Positions 20,237 through 31,039 of a stretch of DNA of 64,000 nucleotides are shown piece after piece (the first letter of the stretch is position 1; each line of letters starts with the position of its first letter). A program made the translations under genes and the position numbers. Where the stretch lies: NCBI GenBank assembly GCA_902578385.1, contig CACHCR010000001.1, positions 146,371 to 210,370 of the forward strand. Direction: 5' to 3'. The stretch is from an uncultured Fidelibacterota bacterium (GTDB taxonomy: Bacteria > Fidelibacterota > Marinisomatia > Marinisomatales > Marinisomataceae). The notes beneath the pieces were generated by a model. The model worked only from the letters and a program-made list of their open reading frames with translations. It did not search any database and was not told where the DNA came from.

Positions 20237-23200
20237 ATGAAAAAGATTTTAATATTTTTTCTATTCTTAGGAGGATTATTTAGTAATGATTCTTTAGAAA
20301 AAATTACGTTTAATCCATTTAAAAATTCTCAAAAAGCTAATTACTCTTTAAATGATATATCAAATTATCCAATTGGAATTTTCCAATTTGATAGAAAGTA
20401 TCTTGATTATCAAGTTTCGTTTAATTCTACATTTGATAATATAGTTATTAGTGAAAAAATTTTGAGTTCTAATAGTTTAATTCCATACATATCTACATTT
20501 GATGACTATATAAGTAATTTATATTCCTCTAATCAGAGATTTAATCTTTTGCAACCTTTTACTCTTTCAGCGTCCGATACAACAATAAATAAAAAATCAG
20601 ATAGATTTATGCAAATTGCAGATATTGATTTGGGTGCACTAGGAAGAGCTTCATTGAGAGTTCAAGGTAATATTAATTTATCAGGAAAACTGGTAAATCA
20701 GGATCAGGAATTAGTTCGTTCATCTTTTAGAGAGCAAGAAAAAACAAACTTTAAATTTGATCAAAAACAGCAATTAAATGTTCAAGGTAAAGTTGGTGAA
20801 CGAATCACTGTATCACTCGACCAAAACTCTGAACGTGATTTTGATTGGGAAAATACTATTAGAGTAGACTATAAAGGTGAAGAAGATGACATATTACAAA
20901 AATTAGAACTTGGTAATATATCACTATCGCTCCCTTCTACCGAGTTTGTTACATTTTCAGGCCAAAACAAAGGTCTATTTGGAGTAAAAGCCCTTTCAAA
21001 ACTTGGTCCAGTAAATATTACTAGCATCGCATCATTAGAAAAAACTAAAAAACAGTCACAAAGGTACAAGGGTACTTCAGAATTAAAAGAGAACCAGATT
21101 CAGGATTATGATTATAGAAAGAATTTATACTTCTTCATCCATGATTGGTTTAGAAATGGCTCTACAGATACTATTGATGAGAGCGGATATACACTTTCTA
21201 TTCCATCATATTACCCTCTTGTTAATGGCCTTCATCCTATTGGTAATGTTGTTGTTAAAAATTTTGAATTGTATAAAATTGATGCATCAAATAATCCGCA
21301 GGCCGATCCAGGAATTGCCCATATTAATCCTAATGATACATCTCAATTTGCTGACAAAAGTAAAGAAGGTGCTTTTATTAGGCTGGAAAGAGGAACTGAT
21401 TATAGTATAAATGAAGATTTAGGTTTTATACGAATGCAGAGTTCATTACAAAATGAAATTATTGCTGCACATTATCAGCTTGTTGATAGATCTACAGGTC
21501 AATTAATTATTCAAATTGGTCAAGGAATAACTAGCGATAATACAAGCCTTATTTTAAAAATGATCAAGGCACAATCTTCGCACCCAAATCATCCTGTATG
21601 GGATTTGATGTTTAAAAACGTTTATTCAATGGGTTCTACAAATGTAGATGCTCAAAGTCTTGAGGTGCAAATTATAGATAATTTTTCAACTCCAGTAAGT
21701 GATAGAGCAAATAACGGGACAACCTTTTTAAATCTTTTTGGATTAGATAATTTTAATCAATCTGGAGCTCAATCACCTGACGAAGTAATTGATTATAATA
21801 ACCCAAATATTGTTAATTTAGTAACAGGTGAAATTCATTTACCTGCACTACTACCTTTTGTATCAGCTGATGTTATTCAAGGCGGAAATGACAATTCAGA
21901 TCTGTCTGATTTTTTACAGCAAGGGAAAATGTATACAACTTCTAATAGGACAGAATATACTGGCGATGCAAGATTTACAATAAATGCAAATTATACAAAT
22001 CCTAAGTCAACAATTAGTCTAGGATTTACGCTGGTTGAGGGTAGTGAAGAGATTTTATCAAATGGCGAGAAGCTTGAAAGAGGAACAGACTACCAAATTG
22101 ATTATTTCTCAGGAATTATTATGCTTACTGGTAATATAGATCCAAATAGTGATTTAGAAATATCTTATGATAAACATGACCTAGTTACTTTTGATAGGAA
22201 GATTATGGTTGGATCTCGTGCACAAATTGATTTTGATGAAAAATCCTTTTTAGGACTTACTGCGCTTTATTATAATCAAGATATTGTTAATAAAAAAGTT
22301 GAAGTAGGATATGAACCAATTCAAAATTTTATTTGGGATATAAATGGTAGGTTTGAAAAAGACCTCGATAATTTCTCAGCAAGGCTAAACCAGCTTAGCT
22401 TTCTTAATGCAGACAAAATATCAAACTTTTCCATTGAGGGTGAAATTGCTCAAGTTCTACCAAATCCTAATTCAATATCTAATCCTCGTACCGGAGATGG
22501 GAATGGAGTAGCATTTATAGATGATTTTGAGGGTTCAAAAAGAGTAACTAACCCTTCAATTTTAAGAAGATTTTGGAATATTTCATCTGCGCCAGTTGAT
22601 ATTGATACTAATCAAGAATATGAACAAAGAAATAGATTAAAGATGTTTTGGTATAACCCTTATTCTCAAGTATTGACCAATAATATTTGGCCAAATGTTT
22701 CAACCTCGCAAAGAGCGCAAAATCTTACTACAGATGTGCTAGTATTAAAATATAAACCACAAGAATTTCAATCATCAGTAGAACCCGACTCACTATGGGC
22801 AGGTATTATCACACCTATGTTCATTGGGGATTATGATCAAACAAGGACTAGATTTTTTGAAATTTGGCTTAGAGGGGATGAAGGAAATTTAACTATAGAC
22901 CTTGGTAAGATAAGTGAAGACTATAACGGGAATGGTGTATTAAATACAGAAGATGTGCCAGATGCTGGACTTGCATTAGGTAATGGATTTTTAGAAGATA
23001 GTGAAGATACTGGGCTAGATGGTTGTTTCAATGAATATGAAGATGGATTTGGTGGTTGTTTGGAGCCAACTGGACTTACATACCTTGAATACTTAGCTAA
23101 TGGAGAGACTCAATTGATTAATGCTTCATCGGATGTAGATCCAAATGATCCCAATAGTGATGACTGGAGTTATTCCGAAGGAAGTTCAGATTATGAGAAA

Positions 23201-26200
23201 GTCAATGGTACAGAAGGAAATGGTACTGGAGATAGAATCCAAACAGGTGGTAAATATCCTGATACAGAAGATTTAGATAAATCAGGATTTTTAGATAGAA
23301 CTAATGATTATTTTACTAAGACCATTTCTTTAGATGATAGTACTTATGTTGCTGGTTCAACAGAAGTAGATGGTATTAAAACTGGTTGGAAATTAATTAG
23401 AGTCCCTTTAAGTCATTTTGATAAAATCCAAGACATATCCCTCAGTGAAATAAAATCCGTAAGATTGGTTGTATCTGGAGTAACCGAAGAGACACAACTA
23501 GAAATAGCAAAAATTGAGTTAGTTGGTAACGCATGGCAAGAGCTTGGAACCTCATTAGTTAATACCGATTCATATGCTGTTGAAGATAGCACTTTTATTG
23601 TATCAGTCATTAATGATGAAGATAACCCAAATTATGTTCCTCCAAAGGGAGTGTTTGGCGAATATGATCAAATCAATCAGATTAGATCAAAAGAACAATC
23701 ACTAGTTTTACAATTTGAAAATCTTGATCCTAACTATAAAGGAGCTGCGAAAAAAATTCTAGCAATGGATGAGAAAAAAGGACAGAGTTTTTTAATGTAT
23801 GATAGAATGAAGATGTTTGTTTATGGAAATAGTGATTTTGCTTCAAGCGAAGAAACTGATTTAAGATTCTTTATTCAATTCGGCAATGGAGATGAATATT
23901 ATAAAGTTACAAAACCTGTTTATGATACTTGGGATGAAGATTTAAAAAGAAACGAAATTAATTTAGACTTGAATTGGCTTACTGCACTAAAAAATGAAAC
24001 CAATGATTCCATCAGTCTTATTGGAACAAATGATTCTTTTACTGATTCTACTGATTATAAAGAATACAGCTTTGTCGATGAATCAAGTAAAATTTATAAG
24101 AATGTCGAGATTGTAGGTAATCCATCCCTTTCAAGATTGCAATATTTCATTGTTGGGGTAGAAAATGACTCGGATCATCCTATTAGCGGAGAAATATGGC
24201 TAGACGAACTTAGATTAAGTGGAGTAAAAAAAGAAACGGGAACTGCTGTGAGGTTAAAATCAAAATTTAATTTATCAGATTTAAGTAATAGTACATTTTC
24301 TTATAGCAGGAAAGATGCAGATTTTCATGTCCTCCAAGAACGAATTGGTACCAATCAAACTGTAGAAAATTTTACATTTAACAATAATATCCAGTTGGGG
24401 AATTTTTTCCCAAGCAAGTTTGGAATTGCTTTCCCAATAAATACTAGCTACAATGTGATTAATAACTCTCCAAAATTTTTCCCTGGTACTGATATAAGAA
24501 CAAACGGAACTCCGCCAGATTCTGTTATGGTTAAATCTTCAACAATAAATGTAACTGGTAAAATTTCAAAAAGAGTTAAGTCCGAAAACCCATTTATTAA
24601 ATACTCAATTGATAATTTAAGTGCAGGGTTTAATGTATCTTCACAGAAAAAGTCAGATTCAATCATGGAATCTATAGATGCTAGCAAGTTAAGCACTAAT
24701 GTCGATTATAATTTAAGATTCCCTAGCGATAATTATATTGAGGCATTTAAGTGGGCTGAAAATGTTCCACTAATCGGCGAAAAATTAAGTGAAACTAGAT
24801 TTTTCTATACACCATCTACATTTACTAGCGGGATTAGAGTTAATAGAAATTTGACAGAGAAAGTATCTAGAAAAAATTCTGAATTAATTGAAGATTTTAA
24901 TCTTGGTTTGGAAAGAAGATTTTCTTTTAATTACAAAGTTTTTGATAACACCCAATTAAATTATACTAAAAATATTAGAAGTGATATGTCTGATTATAGA
25001 GATGAAGTTTTATCAAAATTAAAAATTGGTTCTCTTACAAATTTAACTGAAACATTTAACTATACATCCAGTCCACAATGGCTAAATTGGTTTAAACCAA
25101 ATTTCTCTTATAATACAAACTATTCGTGGAATAAACCCCGCAATGGTGTAGTTGATGCAGCTAATTTGAACTTGGTAAAGAATACCGGTTTAAATTTTTC
25201 GATCTCTCCTACAGAAATTATAGAAATATTTTATACACCAGTGTCAAAAAGAGAAAGTAATTCTGCTCCACCTCGAACAAGATCGAGAGGATTAGCTAGT
25301 TTTAATCCTGAAGAAGAAGATAAAGATGAAGAAGAAAAAACACCAAAAAACAATAATAGAAAAACTTTAGAAAATAACTTTGCACTTGAAAGAATATATA
25401 ATGAATCTAAAAAAATTGAACCTCTTACGATCACTATTTCGAATATTACTACACAAGTTTCAAATGGTATAGATGGAGATATTCCATTATCATATCGTTT
25501 AGGATTTAAAGATAATCTTAATGTAGAATCTGTACCTGAAGTAGGGTTGAATACAGGAAATGAAGATATCAAGAAATCATTTTCAGCCCGAACTGGTGTA
25601 CGATTTAATCCACAATCTTCTTTGATGATTTCATTTAACGAAAGTATCTCTTCAAATATAAATGGATATAATATAGATATTCGCTCTACTACAAGAGATT
25701 ATATTGCATTTGGTAGTTATTTATCTGAGGGATTGCCATTCTCAAACTGGTCTTTGAGAGTTGGTGGACTTGAAAATATCAATTTTATTAAACCATATGT
25801 TTCTTCAATGTCAATCGAGCATGCTTTTAATGGAAAACAAAATTTATCATGGAAATTTAATGAAGGGGGAGTCACACCAATAAATCTTTTAAGCATTTCA
25901 TCATTTGAAAATAATAATAATGACAATCTTCAGTTCTCAAGAATTTCAAGATCATTCTCTCCTTTAATTGGAATAAGTTCAACTTTTAACAACGGAATTT
26001 CAACAAATGTAAGAAGCAATATCACCCACACCCTAGATGAAGTAGCTAATGGCTTAACATATATCTCAGATAACAGCATTCTTGCAACTATTACATATAA
26101 TTTTTCAAAAGGTATAAGATTTTCTCTGCCATTTTCTGAAAGAAATATATATTTAAGAAATAATATGAATATTAGCTTAAACTTAGACTTTTCCAATAAA

Positions 26201-26407
26201 ACAGAAGAAGGATCAAAGGATAAGATAAATTTTGTTGAACAAAATTTCACAAATACTCAAAAAAGTATTTTGAGAATTACTTATACTTTAACGGATGATA
26301 TTACTGGTAGTTTATTTTATGAATATAGAGAAACTGATACACGTTTGACTGGACGAAGAATTGATAGAGATTTTGGAATAAATTTAAATGTCGCAATAAG
26401 GGGATAA
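20237..26407 (+). CDS. sprA: T9SS outer-membrane translocon SprA/Sov
   Basis: 2056 aa. The N-terminal conserved block ...VDYKGEEDDILQKLELGNISLSLP...GQNKGLFGVKALSKLGPVNITSIASLEK matches my recollection of the SprA family signature. Giant beta-barrel-like composition throughout. The start immediately follows the rdgB stop. Confidence 0.75.
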   Translation: MKKILIFFLFLGGLFSNDSLEKITFNPFKNSQKANYSLNDISNYPIGIFQFDRKYLDYQVSFNSTFDNIVISEKILSSNSLIPYISTFDDYISNLYSSNQRFNLLQPFTLSASDTTINKKSDRFMQIADIDLGALGRASLRVQGNINLSGKLVNQDQELVRSSFREQEKTNFKFDQKQQLNVQGKVGERITVSLDQNSERDFDWENTIRVDYKGEEDDILQKLELGNISLSLPSTEFVTFSGQNKGLFGVKALSKLGPVNITSIASLEKTKKQSQRYKGTSELKENQIQDYDYRKNLYFFIHDWFRNGSTDTIDESGYTLSIPSYYPLVNGLHPIGNVVVKNFELYKIDASNNPQADPGIAHINPNDTSQFADKSKEGAFIRLERGTDYSINEDLGFIRMQSSLQNEIIAAHYQLVDRSTGQLIIQIGQGITSDNTSLILKMIKAQSSHPNHPVWDLMFKNVYSMGSTNVDAQSLEVQIIDNFSTPVSDRANNGTTFLNLFGLDNFNQSGAQSPDEVIDYNNPNIVNLVTGEIHLPALLPFVSADVIQGGNDNSDLSDFLQQGKMYTTSNRTEYTGDARFTINANYTNPKSTISLGFTLVEGSEEILSNGEKLERGTDYQIDYFSGIIMLTGNIDPNSDLEISYDKHDLVTFDRKIMVGSRAQIDFDEKSFLGLTALYYNQDIVNKKVEVGYEPIQNFIWDINGRFEKDLDNFSARLNQLSFLNADKISNFSIEGEIAQVLPNPNSISNPRTGDGNGVAFIDDFEGSKRVTNPSILRRFWNISSAPVDIDTNQEYEQRNRLKMFWYNPYSQVLTNNIWPNVSTSQRAQNLTTDVLVLKYKPQEFQSSVEPDSLWAGIITPMFIGDYDQTRTRFFEIWLRGDEGNLTIDLGKISEDYNGNGVLNTEDVPDAGLALGNGFLEDSEDTGLDGCFNEYEDGFGGCLEPTGLTYLEYLANGETQLINASSDVDPNDPNSDDWSYSEGSSDYEKVNGTEGNGTGDRIQTGGKYPDTEDLDKSGFLDRTNDYFTKTISLDDSTYVAGSTEVDGIKTGWKLIRVPLSHFDKIQDISLSEIKSVRLVVSGVTEETQLEIAKIELVGNAWQELGTSLVNTDSYAVEDSTFIVSVINDEDNPNYVPPKGVFGEYDQINQIRSKEQSLVLQFENLDPNYKGAAKKILAMDEKKGQSFLMYDRMKMFVYGNSDFASSEETDLRFFIQFGNGDEYYKVTKPVYDTWDEDLKRNEINLDLNWLTALKNETNDSISLIGTNDSFTDSTDYKEYSFVDESSKIYKNVEIVGNPSLSRLQYFIVGVENDSDHPISGEIWLDELRLSGVKKETGTAVRLKSKFNLSDLSNSTFSYSRKDADFHVLQERIGTNQTVENFTFNNNIQLGNFFPSKFGIAFPINTSYNVINNSPKFFPGTDIRTNGTPPDSVMVKSSTINVTGKISKRVKSENPFIKYSIDNLSAGFNVSSQKKSDSIMESIDASKLSTNVDYNLRFPSDNYIEAFKWAENVPLIGEKLSETRFFYTPSTFTSGIRVNRNLTEKVSRKNSELIEDFNLGLERRFSFNYKVFDNTQLNYTKNIRSDMSDYRDEVLSKLKIGSLTNLTETFNYTSSPQWLNWFKPNFSYNTNYSWNKPRNGVVDAANLNLVKNTGLNFSISPTEIIEIFYTPVSKRESNSAPPRTRSRGLASFNPEEEDKDEEEKTPKNNNRKTLENNFALERIYNESKKIEPLTITISNITTQVSNGIDGDIPLSYRLGFKDNLNVESVPEVGLNTGNEDIKKSFSARTGVRFNPQSSLMISFNESISSNINGYNIDIRSTTRDYIAFGSYLSEGLPFSNWSLRVGGLENINFIKPYVSSMSIEHAFNGKQNLSWKFNEGGVTPINLLSISSFENNNNDNLQFSRISRSFSPLIGISSTFNNGISTNVRSNITHTLDEVANGLTYISDNSILATITYNFSKGIRFSLPFSERNIYLRNNMNISLNLDFSNKTEEGSKDKINFVEQNFTNTQKSILRITYTLTDDITGSLFYEYRETDTRLTGRRIDRDFGINLNVAIRG

Positions 26408-27330
26408 TGAAAAAAATTATTATAATAATATTGTTTTTAGTTGGGTGTTCATCCAATAGTTCAGAAAAAAATATTCCAAGTTTTGATGAGAATAGCGCAT
26501 TTCAACATTTATTAGACCAATGCAGTTTTGGTCCAAGGAATCCTGGGTCAGAAGGACATGAAAGGTTTAGTGAATATCTTGAGTCATATTTATTATCATT
26601 GTCTCCAAATGTTATAGTTCAAGAGTTTTCTTATCTAGAACATTTGACTGAAACTCAAAGAGAGGGTAAAAACTTAATTGCTCAATTTAATTTAGAATCA
26701 AATGAAAGATTATTATTGGGTGCGCATTGGGATACACGATCTTTATCAGATGAAGATCCAGATGAAGAAAAAAAATCTTTACCAGTTTTAGGAGCGAACG
26801 ATGGTGCAAGTGGTACTGCAGTTCTAATGGAATTGGCTTCAATTTTTTCAAAAAATACACCTCCCATTGGAATAGATTTAGTTTTTTTTGACGCTGAAGA
26901 TGTGGGTATTAATGGTAAACCATATACTTTTGCAATGGGTTCTGAATATTTTTCAAAAAATCTTCCTATTGAAAAACCAAAATCTGCAATAATTATTGAT
27001 ATGATTGGAGATAAATATTTGAAAATACCCATTGAACGATTTTCTTATCGAATTAACCCTGAAATGGTAAAAGAAATTTGGAGCTTAGCAAATGAATTAG
27101 ATTTAAATGCATTTGAATATAAAGTTGGTTATGAAATATATGATGATCATGTTCCTCTTTGGGAGAATGCTCAAATTCCTGCTATTGATATTATTGATTT
27201 TGATTATCCTAATTTATTTTATAATCATTGGCATACCCAAAATGATACTCCTGAAAATTGTTCTCCACAAAGCTTGCAACAAGTTGGAACTTTATTATTA
27301 AATTATGTGTATGGTAAAGTCACTAAATAA
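26407..27330 (+). CDS. Glutaminyl-peptide cyclotransferase (type II QC, M28 fold) lipoprotein
   Basis: Lipobox LVGC/SSN. GAHWDTRS, GANDGASGTAVLMELA and NHWHTQNDTPEN resemble animal/Bacteroidetes type II QC (WHTMDDNEEN). The start overlaps the sprA stop (TAATG). Confidence 0.65.
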   Translation: MKKIIIIILFLVGCSSNSSEKNIPSFDENSAFQHLLDQCSFGPRNPGSEGHERFSEYLESYLLSLSPNVIVQEFSYLEHLTETQREGKNLIAQFNLESNERLLLGAHWDTRSLSDEDPDEEKKSLPVLGANDGASGTAVLMELASIFSKNTPPIGIDLVFFDAEDVGINGKPYTFAMGSEYFSKNLPIEKPKSAIIIDMIGDKYLKIPIERFSYRINPEMVKEIWSLANELDLNAFEYKVGYEIYDDHVPLWENAQIPAIDIIDFDYPNLFYNHWHTQNDTPENCSPQSLQQVGTLLLNYVYGKVTK

Positions 27331-28333
27331 ATATTTTATATTATTTATTATTATTATTGCTTGCTCTGGAGGAGGTGAATCTCCGACGGACAGTGGCGAT
27401 GATAATGGAGGAGATAACACTAACCCATATGAACTTCCTAATGCAGTAGATTATGGTTTAAGCAACCAAGTAGAGATAGTTACTTGGAATATTAGACAAT
27501 TTCCACAGCATTCATCAACCAAAGATTATGTTAAAAATTTAATGCAAAAATGGAATGCTGATATTTATTTCTTCCAAGAAATGAGATCAGAGTCAGAGCT
27601 AATTAGTATGGTAGATACTATGCCTAATTATTCTTATGTGTTTGATGAAGAATCTGGAAATTTAGGATTTGCTTTGGTATACAAGAACCAATATGTGACT
27701 TTTAATTCTAAAAATGAATTATGGGCTGATACTCCAAACAATGATGATGGTGATTCTGATTATGCAAACAATGCTTCATATCAATTTGCAGATAGGCCGC
27801 CTATGGAGAACTACGTTACATGGTCAGATGGAACTAAGACAATTAATCTTTATTTAATTGGTATTCATTATAAATGCTGTGGTGACGACTCGTATAATGC
27901 CAACGATACTGGCGATGAAACAACTAGAAGGCACCATGCAAGCTTATTGCTTACAGACTATATTTTAAATAATAGAGCAAATGACAATGTTATTGTACTA
28001 GGAGATTTTAATAATGTTGGTTCTCAATCGATTACTAATCCTACACTAAGCCCATTTACTGATCAGGATAATTTTGATTCAGCTTCCAATTTTAAATTGA
28101 CTGATTTAAGTGTTCTGCAAGGGCCTGCAAGTGGTTACTCTTGGCAGGGATGGTCAAGTTCGTACTCAGCAGCTCATTTGGATCACATTATTATTAATCA
28201 GACAATGTTTACATTGGATGCTACATCGACATCAAGTGTTATTTCTTTACCGAACGAGACTGGAATTTCAAATAATAATGTTGATGGGAAAATTTCTGAT
28301 CATCAGCCAGTAATGTATCGATTTTATCCTTGA
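27305..28333 (+). CDS. Endonuclease/exonuclease/phosphatase (EEP) family lipoprotein
   Basis: Lipobox IIIAC/SGG. EEP motifs VTWNIRQF, FFQEM, LGDFN, SDHQPV. The start may instead be M3 (27311). Confidence 0.7.
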   Translation: MCMVKSLNKYFILFIIIIACSGGGESPTDSGDDNGGDNTNPYELPNAVDYGLSNQVEIVTWNIRQFPQHSSTKDYVKNLMQKWNADIYFFQEMRSESELISMVDTMPNYSYVFDEESGNLGFALVYKNQYVTFNSKNELWADTPNNDDGDSDYANNASYQFADRPPMENYVTWSDGTKTINLYLIGIHYKCCGDDSYNANDTGDETTRRHHASLLLTDYILNNRANDNVIVLGDFNNVGSQSITNPTLSPFTDQDNFDSASNFKLTDLSVLQGPASGYSWQGWSSSYSAAHLDHIIINQTMFTLDATSTSSVISLPNETGISNNNVDGKISDHQPVMYRFYP

Positions 28334-29070
28334 TTATTTCTTTTAAAAATCTAATTATACTTATTACTATATCTTCACTTATTGTTAGTCAAGACTTTGA
28401 AGATATTGATATTAGGCTTAGTAATCTTGAGTTTGAAAAAGTTCAATTACCCTTGGAGCAACTCCATAGTAAATATCCTCAAAATACTGATATTCTTTTA
28501 AGATTGACGATTACTCATCATTATTTATCTGAGTCAGCAATGAAAAAAAGCTTAGATAAGAAGAATGCCTCAAAGGCATTTGAGTATATTGAAAAAGCAT
28601 ACGATATTGAACCTAATAATCCTAATATACTAAAATGGTATGTTATCACTTTAGGTAAAACAGTTGAGGAGGATACTATTCGTAATCAAATTGAGCAGTC
28701 AAAAAATATTCAAAGTATTGCTTTAAAAGTTATAGACCTGTTACCTGATGATGAGTTTTGTTACAGTATTATGGGTCAGTGGCACTATAAGTTGGCAGAT
28801 TTAGGTAGAGCGTCAAGACGATTAGCTTCAATTTTATTTTCAGAACCTCCAAAAGGATCTTTTGAAGAAGCACAATATTTTTTTGAAAAAAGTTTAGAGT
28901 ACAATTCTGATTATATTGGTACTTACTACTGGCTTGGTAAAACCTATTTAAAGCTCAATAAAGAACAAAAAGCGATTGATTTATTTAAAGTCGGGGTAAC
29001 ATTAGATAGACCATTTAAGCGAGAAGAAAGAGCATATCAAGGGATGAAAAGCTATTTAGATAAGCTATAG
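28330..29070 (+). CDS. Secreted TPR-like helical repeat protein
   Basis: Signal peptide ...SSLIVS/QDF, with TPR-like helices toward the C-terminus (YYWLGKTYLKLNKEQKAIDLF). It overlaps the EEP stop by 4 nt. Confidence 0.5.
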   Translation: MIISFKNLIILITISSLIVSQDFEDIDIRLSNLEFEKVQLPLEQLHSKYPQNTDILLRLTITHHYLSESAMKKSLDKKNASKAFEYIEKAYDIEPNNPNILKWYVITLGKTVEEDTIRNQIEQSKNIQSIALKVIDLLPDDEFCYSIMGQWHYKLADLGRASRRLASILFSEPPKGSFEEAQYFFEKSLEYNSDYIGTYYWLGKTYLKLNKEQKAIDLFKVGVTLDRPFKREERAYQGMKSYLDKL

Positions 29071-29850
29071 TTTTTTTACCTTTTTATACTTTTCAGAAAT
29101 TTTAAATATTTCTGGCAATAAGTTTTGCTCCAAATATCCTAATAAGTTGTAAGTAAATGTCCCATTTTCACTAACTGCTTCAAATTTAATTGTTAATGCA
29201 TTGGTATTAATATCATATTCATCATAGGGTATATCCATTGCATTCATCCCCAAATTAGGAGGTATTGATCCGTTAAACATTTCCTTTAATTTTTTGTTAA
29301 TTATTAATTCTGTTTGAGATTTCAACGTTGTTTCAGAGAACCAAATAAATAAACCAGATTCTTCTTCATCATTCATAATAATTTCAGCTTTTCTAGTTTT
29401 AAAGTCATTTAAGATTTCTATTTCTTTGCTGATATTTATTGTCACATCTTCTTCGTCACTATTTGATTCATCATCCTCTTCTTTATCTTCCTGAGGAGGA
29501 CCACCTTGTGGATTATTTTTACTTTCTTCAAGAAATTCATTAAAAGTATAAATAGCAAATCTTTTTTTCTTATGATTGATTTTTGTAACTGTTGAATCAC
29601 TGAATGATATAATATATCCCTCATCTCTTTTAATATTAAATAATCTTAAAATTTTAACATTAAAATTACTTCTTAAATAATATGTGTCTTGTGTAAAAAA
29701 CTTATTAACAGATCCTTCCATCTTTCCTTGTGAAAAAGATCCATTTAAACTTTCATTTATAAGAAGGTTAGATTGGGGATATGCATTATCGATGATGCAC
29801 AAAAATAGAATAAAAAATAATTTAAACGGATTATTATAAACCAGTTTCAC
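29065..29850 (-). CDS. Secreted hypothetical protein with an acidic central linker
   Basis: Signal peptide ...IIDNAYP/QSN. The central stretch is PQEDKEEDDESNSDEED. I recognise no family. Confidence 0.45.
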   Translation of the reverse strand: MKLVYNNPFKLFFILFLCIIDNAYPQSNLLINESLNGSFSQGKMEGSVNKFFTQDTYYLRSNFNVKILRLFNIKRDEGYIISFSDSTVTKINHKKKRFAIYTFNEFLEESKNNPQGGPPQEDKEEDDESNSDEEDVTINISKEIEILNDFKTRKAEIIMNDEEESGLFIWFSETTLKSQTELIINKKLKEMFNGSIPPNLGMNAMDIPYDEYDINTNALTIKFEAVSENGTFTYNLLGYLEQNLLPEIFKISEKYKKVKKL

Positions 29851-30769
29851 TAACCGTTTTTTTTACCTCAATAAGTGTATTGCTTAAAGCTATTTTTTCA
29901 TCTTTATCAAGATCAAAAGTAAGTATTTTTTCAACACCTCCTGAACCAATGACTGTTGGGACTCCAATGAAATAACCTTCTACATCAAATTCGCCTTCAC
30001 ATAATGAGGCACAGGGTATAACTCTTTTTTTATCTCTTATAAAACTTTCAATCATTTCTACAGCAGATTGAGCAGGAGCATAAAATGCAGAACCTTTCCC
30101 AAAAAGTTTAACAATTTCTCCACCACCAACACGCGTTCTATTTTCTATTGCAATAATTTCTTCACTTCTTAATAAAGATGATAATGGTACACCGCCTACT
30201 GTTGCCAACCTACTAACAGGAACCATTGTATCTCCATGGCCCCCAAGAACCATACAGTTAACATCTTGTGATGATAAATTTGTAGCTTCTGCAATAAAAG
30301 CTCTAAATCTTGCGCTATCAAGAGCTCCAGCCATTCCAACAACTTTGTTTTTTGGAAACCCAGAAATTTTATGAAAAGCATATACCATGGCATCTAGTGG
30401 GTTTGAAACAACAATAACAAATGCTTCAGGTGCATATTTTTTAACCTGATTTGCAACATTTGTCATAATATCAAGGTTTTTTTGAAGAAGATCTTCTCTA
30501 TTCATGCCAGGTTGTCTAGGAAATCCAGCAGTAATTACAATAACATCTGAATCTTGAATATCTTCAAAATTAGAAGTACCAGATAATTTAGAATCAAAAC
30601 CATCATGAGGAAGTAATTGAGATATATCCAAAGCCTTACCTTTCATAAAGTTTTCAGCTTCTGGAATATCAACTATAACTATATCACCAAGTTCTTTTTG
30701 AGCCGAAAGAAGGGCAATATTACCCCCTACCTGGCCACCACCAATTAATGCTATCTTAGGTCTAGACAT
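29834..30769 (-). CDS. mdh: Malate dehydrogenase (LDH-like, NAD-dependent)
   Basis: KIALIGGGQVGG, ITAGFPRQPGMNREDL and LGGHGDTMVP are MDH type 3 signatures. Confidence 0.9.
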   Translation of the reverse strand: MSRPKIALIGGGQVGGNIALLSAQKELGDIVIVDIPEAENFMKGKALDISQLLPHDGFDSKLSGTSNFEDIQDSDVIVITAGFPRQPGMNREDLLQKNLDIMTNVANQVKKYAPEAFVIVVSNPLDAMVYAFHKISGFPKNKVVGMAGALDSARFRAFIAEATNLSSQDVNCMVLGGHGDTMVPVSRLATVGGVPLSSLLRSEEIIAIENRTRVGGGEIVKLFGKGSAFYAPAQSAVEMIESFIRDKKRVIPCASLCEGEFDVEGYFIGVPTVIGSGGVEKILTFDLDKDEKIALSNTLIEVKKTVSETGL

Positions 30770-30772
30770 ACC

Positions 30773-31027
30773 TTAATTTAATTCTTGAACACTTACAAAG
30801 GTAGTACCACCTTTTTTACTAAACTTGACTAAGCCATGAGATGTAGCAAAAAGAGTGTCATCATTTCCTTTTTTAACATTTCTTCCAGGATGATATTTAG
30901 TACCTCTTTGTTTAATAATTATTCCACCTGCTAAAATTGACTGTCCATCTGAAACTTTTACCCCTAATCTTTTAGCATTTGAATCTCTACCGTTTCTTGA
31001 ACTACCTTGTCCTTTCTTATGAGCCAT
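30773..31027 (-). CDS. rpmA: 50S ribosomal protein L27
   Basis: [24 protein letters not shown]... is the canonical L27 N-terminus. Confidence 0.95.
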   Translation of the reverse strand: MAHKKGQGSSRNGRDSNAKRLGVKVSDGQSILAGGIIIKQRGTKYHPGRNVKKGNDDTLFATSHGLVKFSKKGGTTFVSVQELN

Positions 31028-31039
31028 AATAAATACCTT

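Noticed and set aside
20869-26250. Seven short ORFs on either strand inside sprA (20869, 21108, 23413, 24448, 25231, 25717, 25930)
   Set aside because: They are embedded in a single uninterrupted 2056-codon frame with a recognisable SprA signature. No independent evidence supports them.
20237-26407. Considered whether the 2056-aa protein is an RHS/adhesin-type toxin linked to the acidic 'immunity' array
   Set aside because: The sequence pattern fits the SprA translocon. It has no YD/RHS repeats or C-terminal toxin-like module, and it lies 34 kb from the array.
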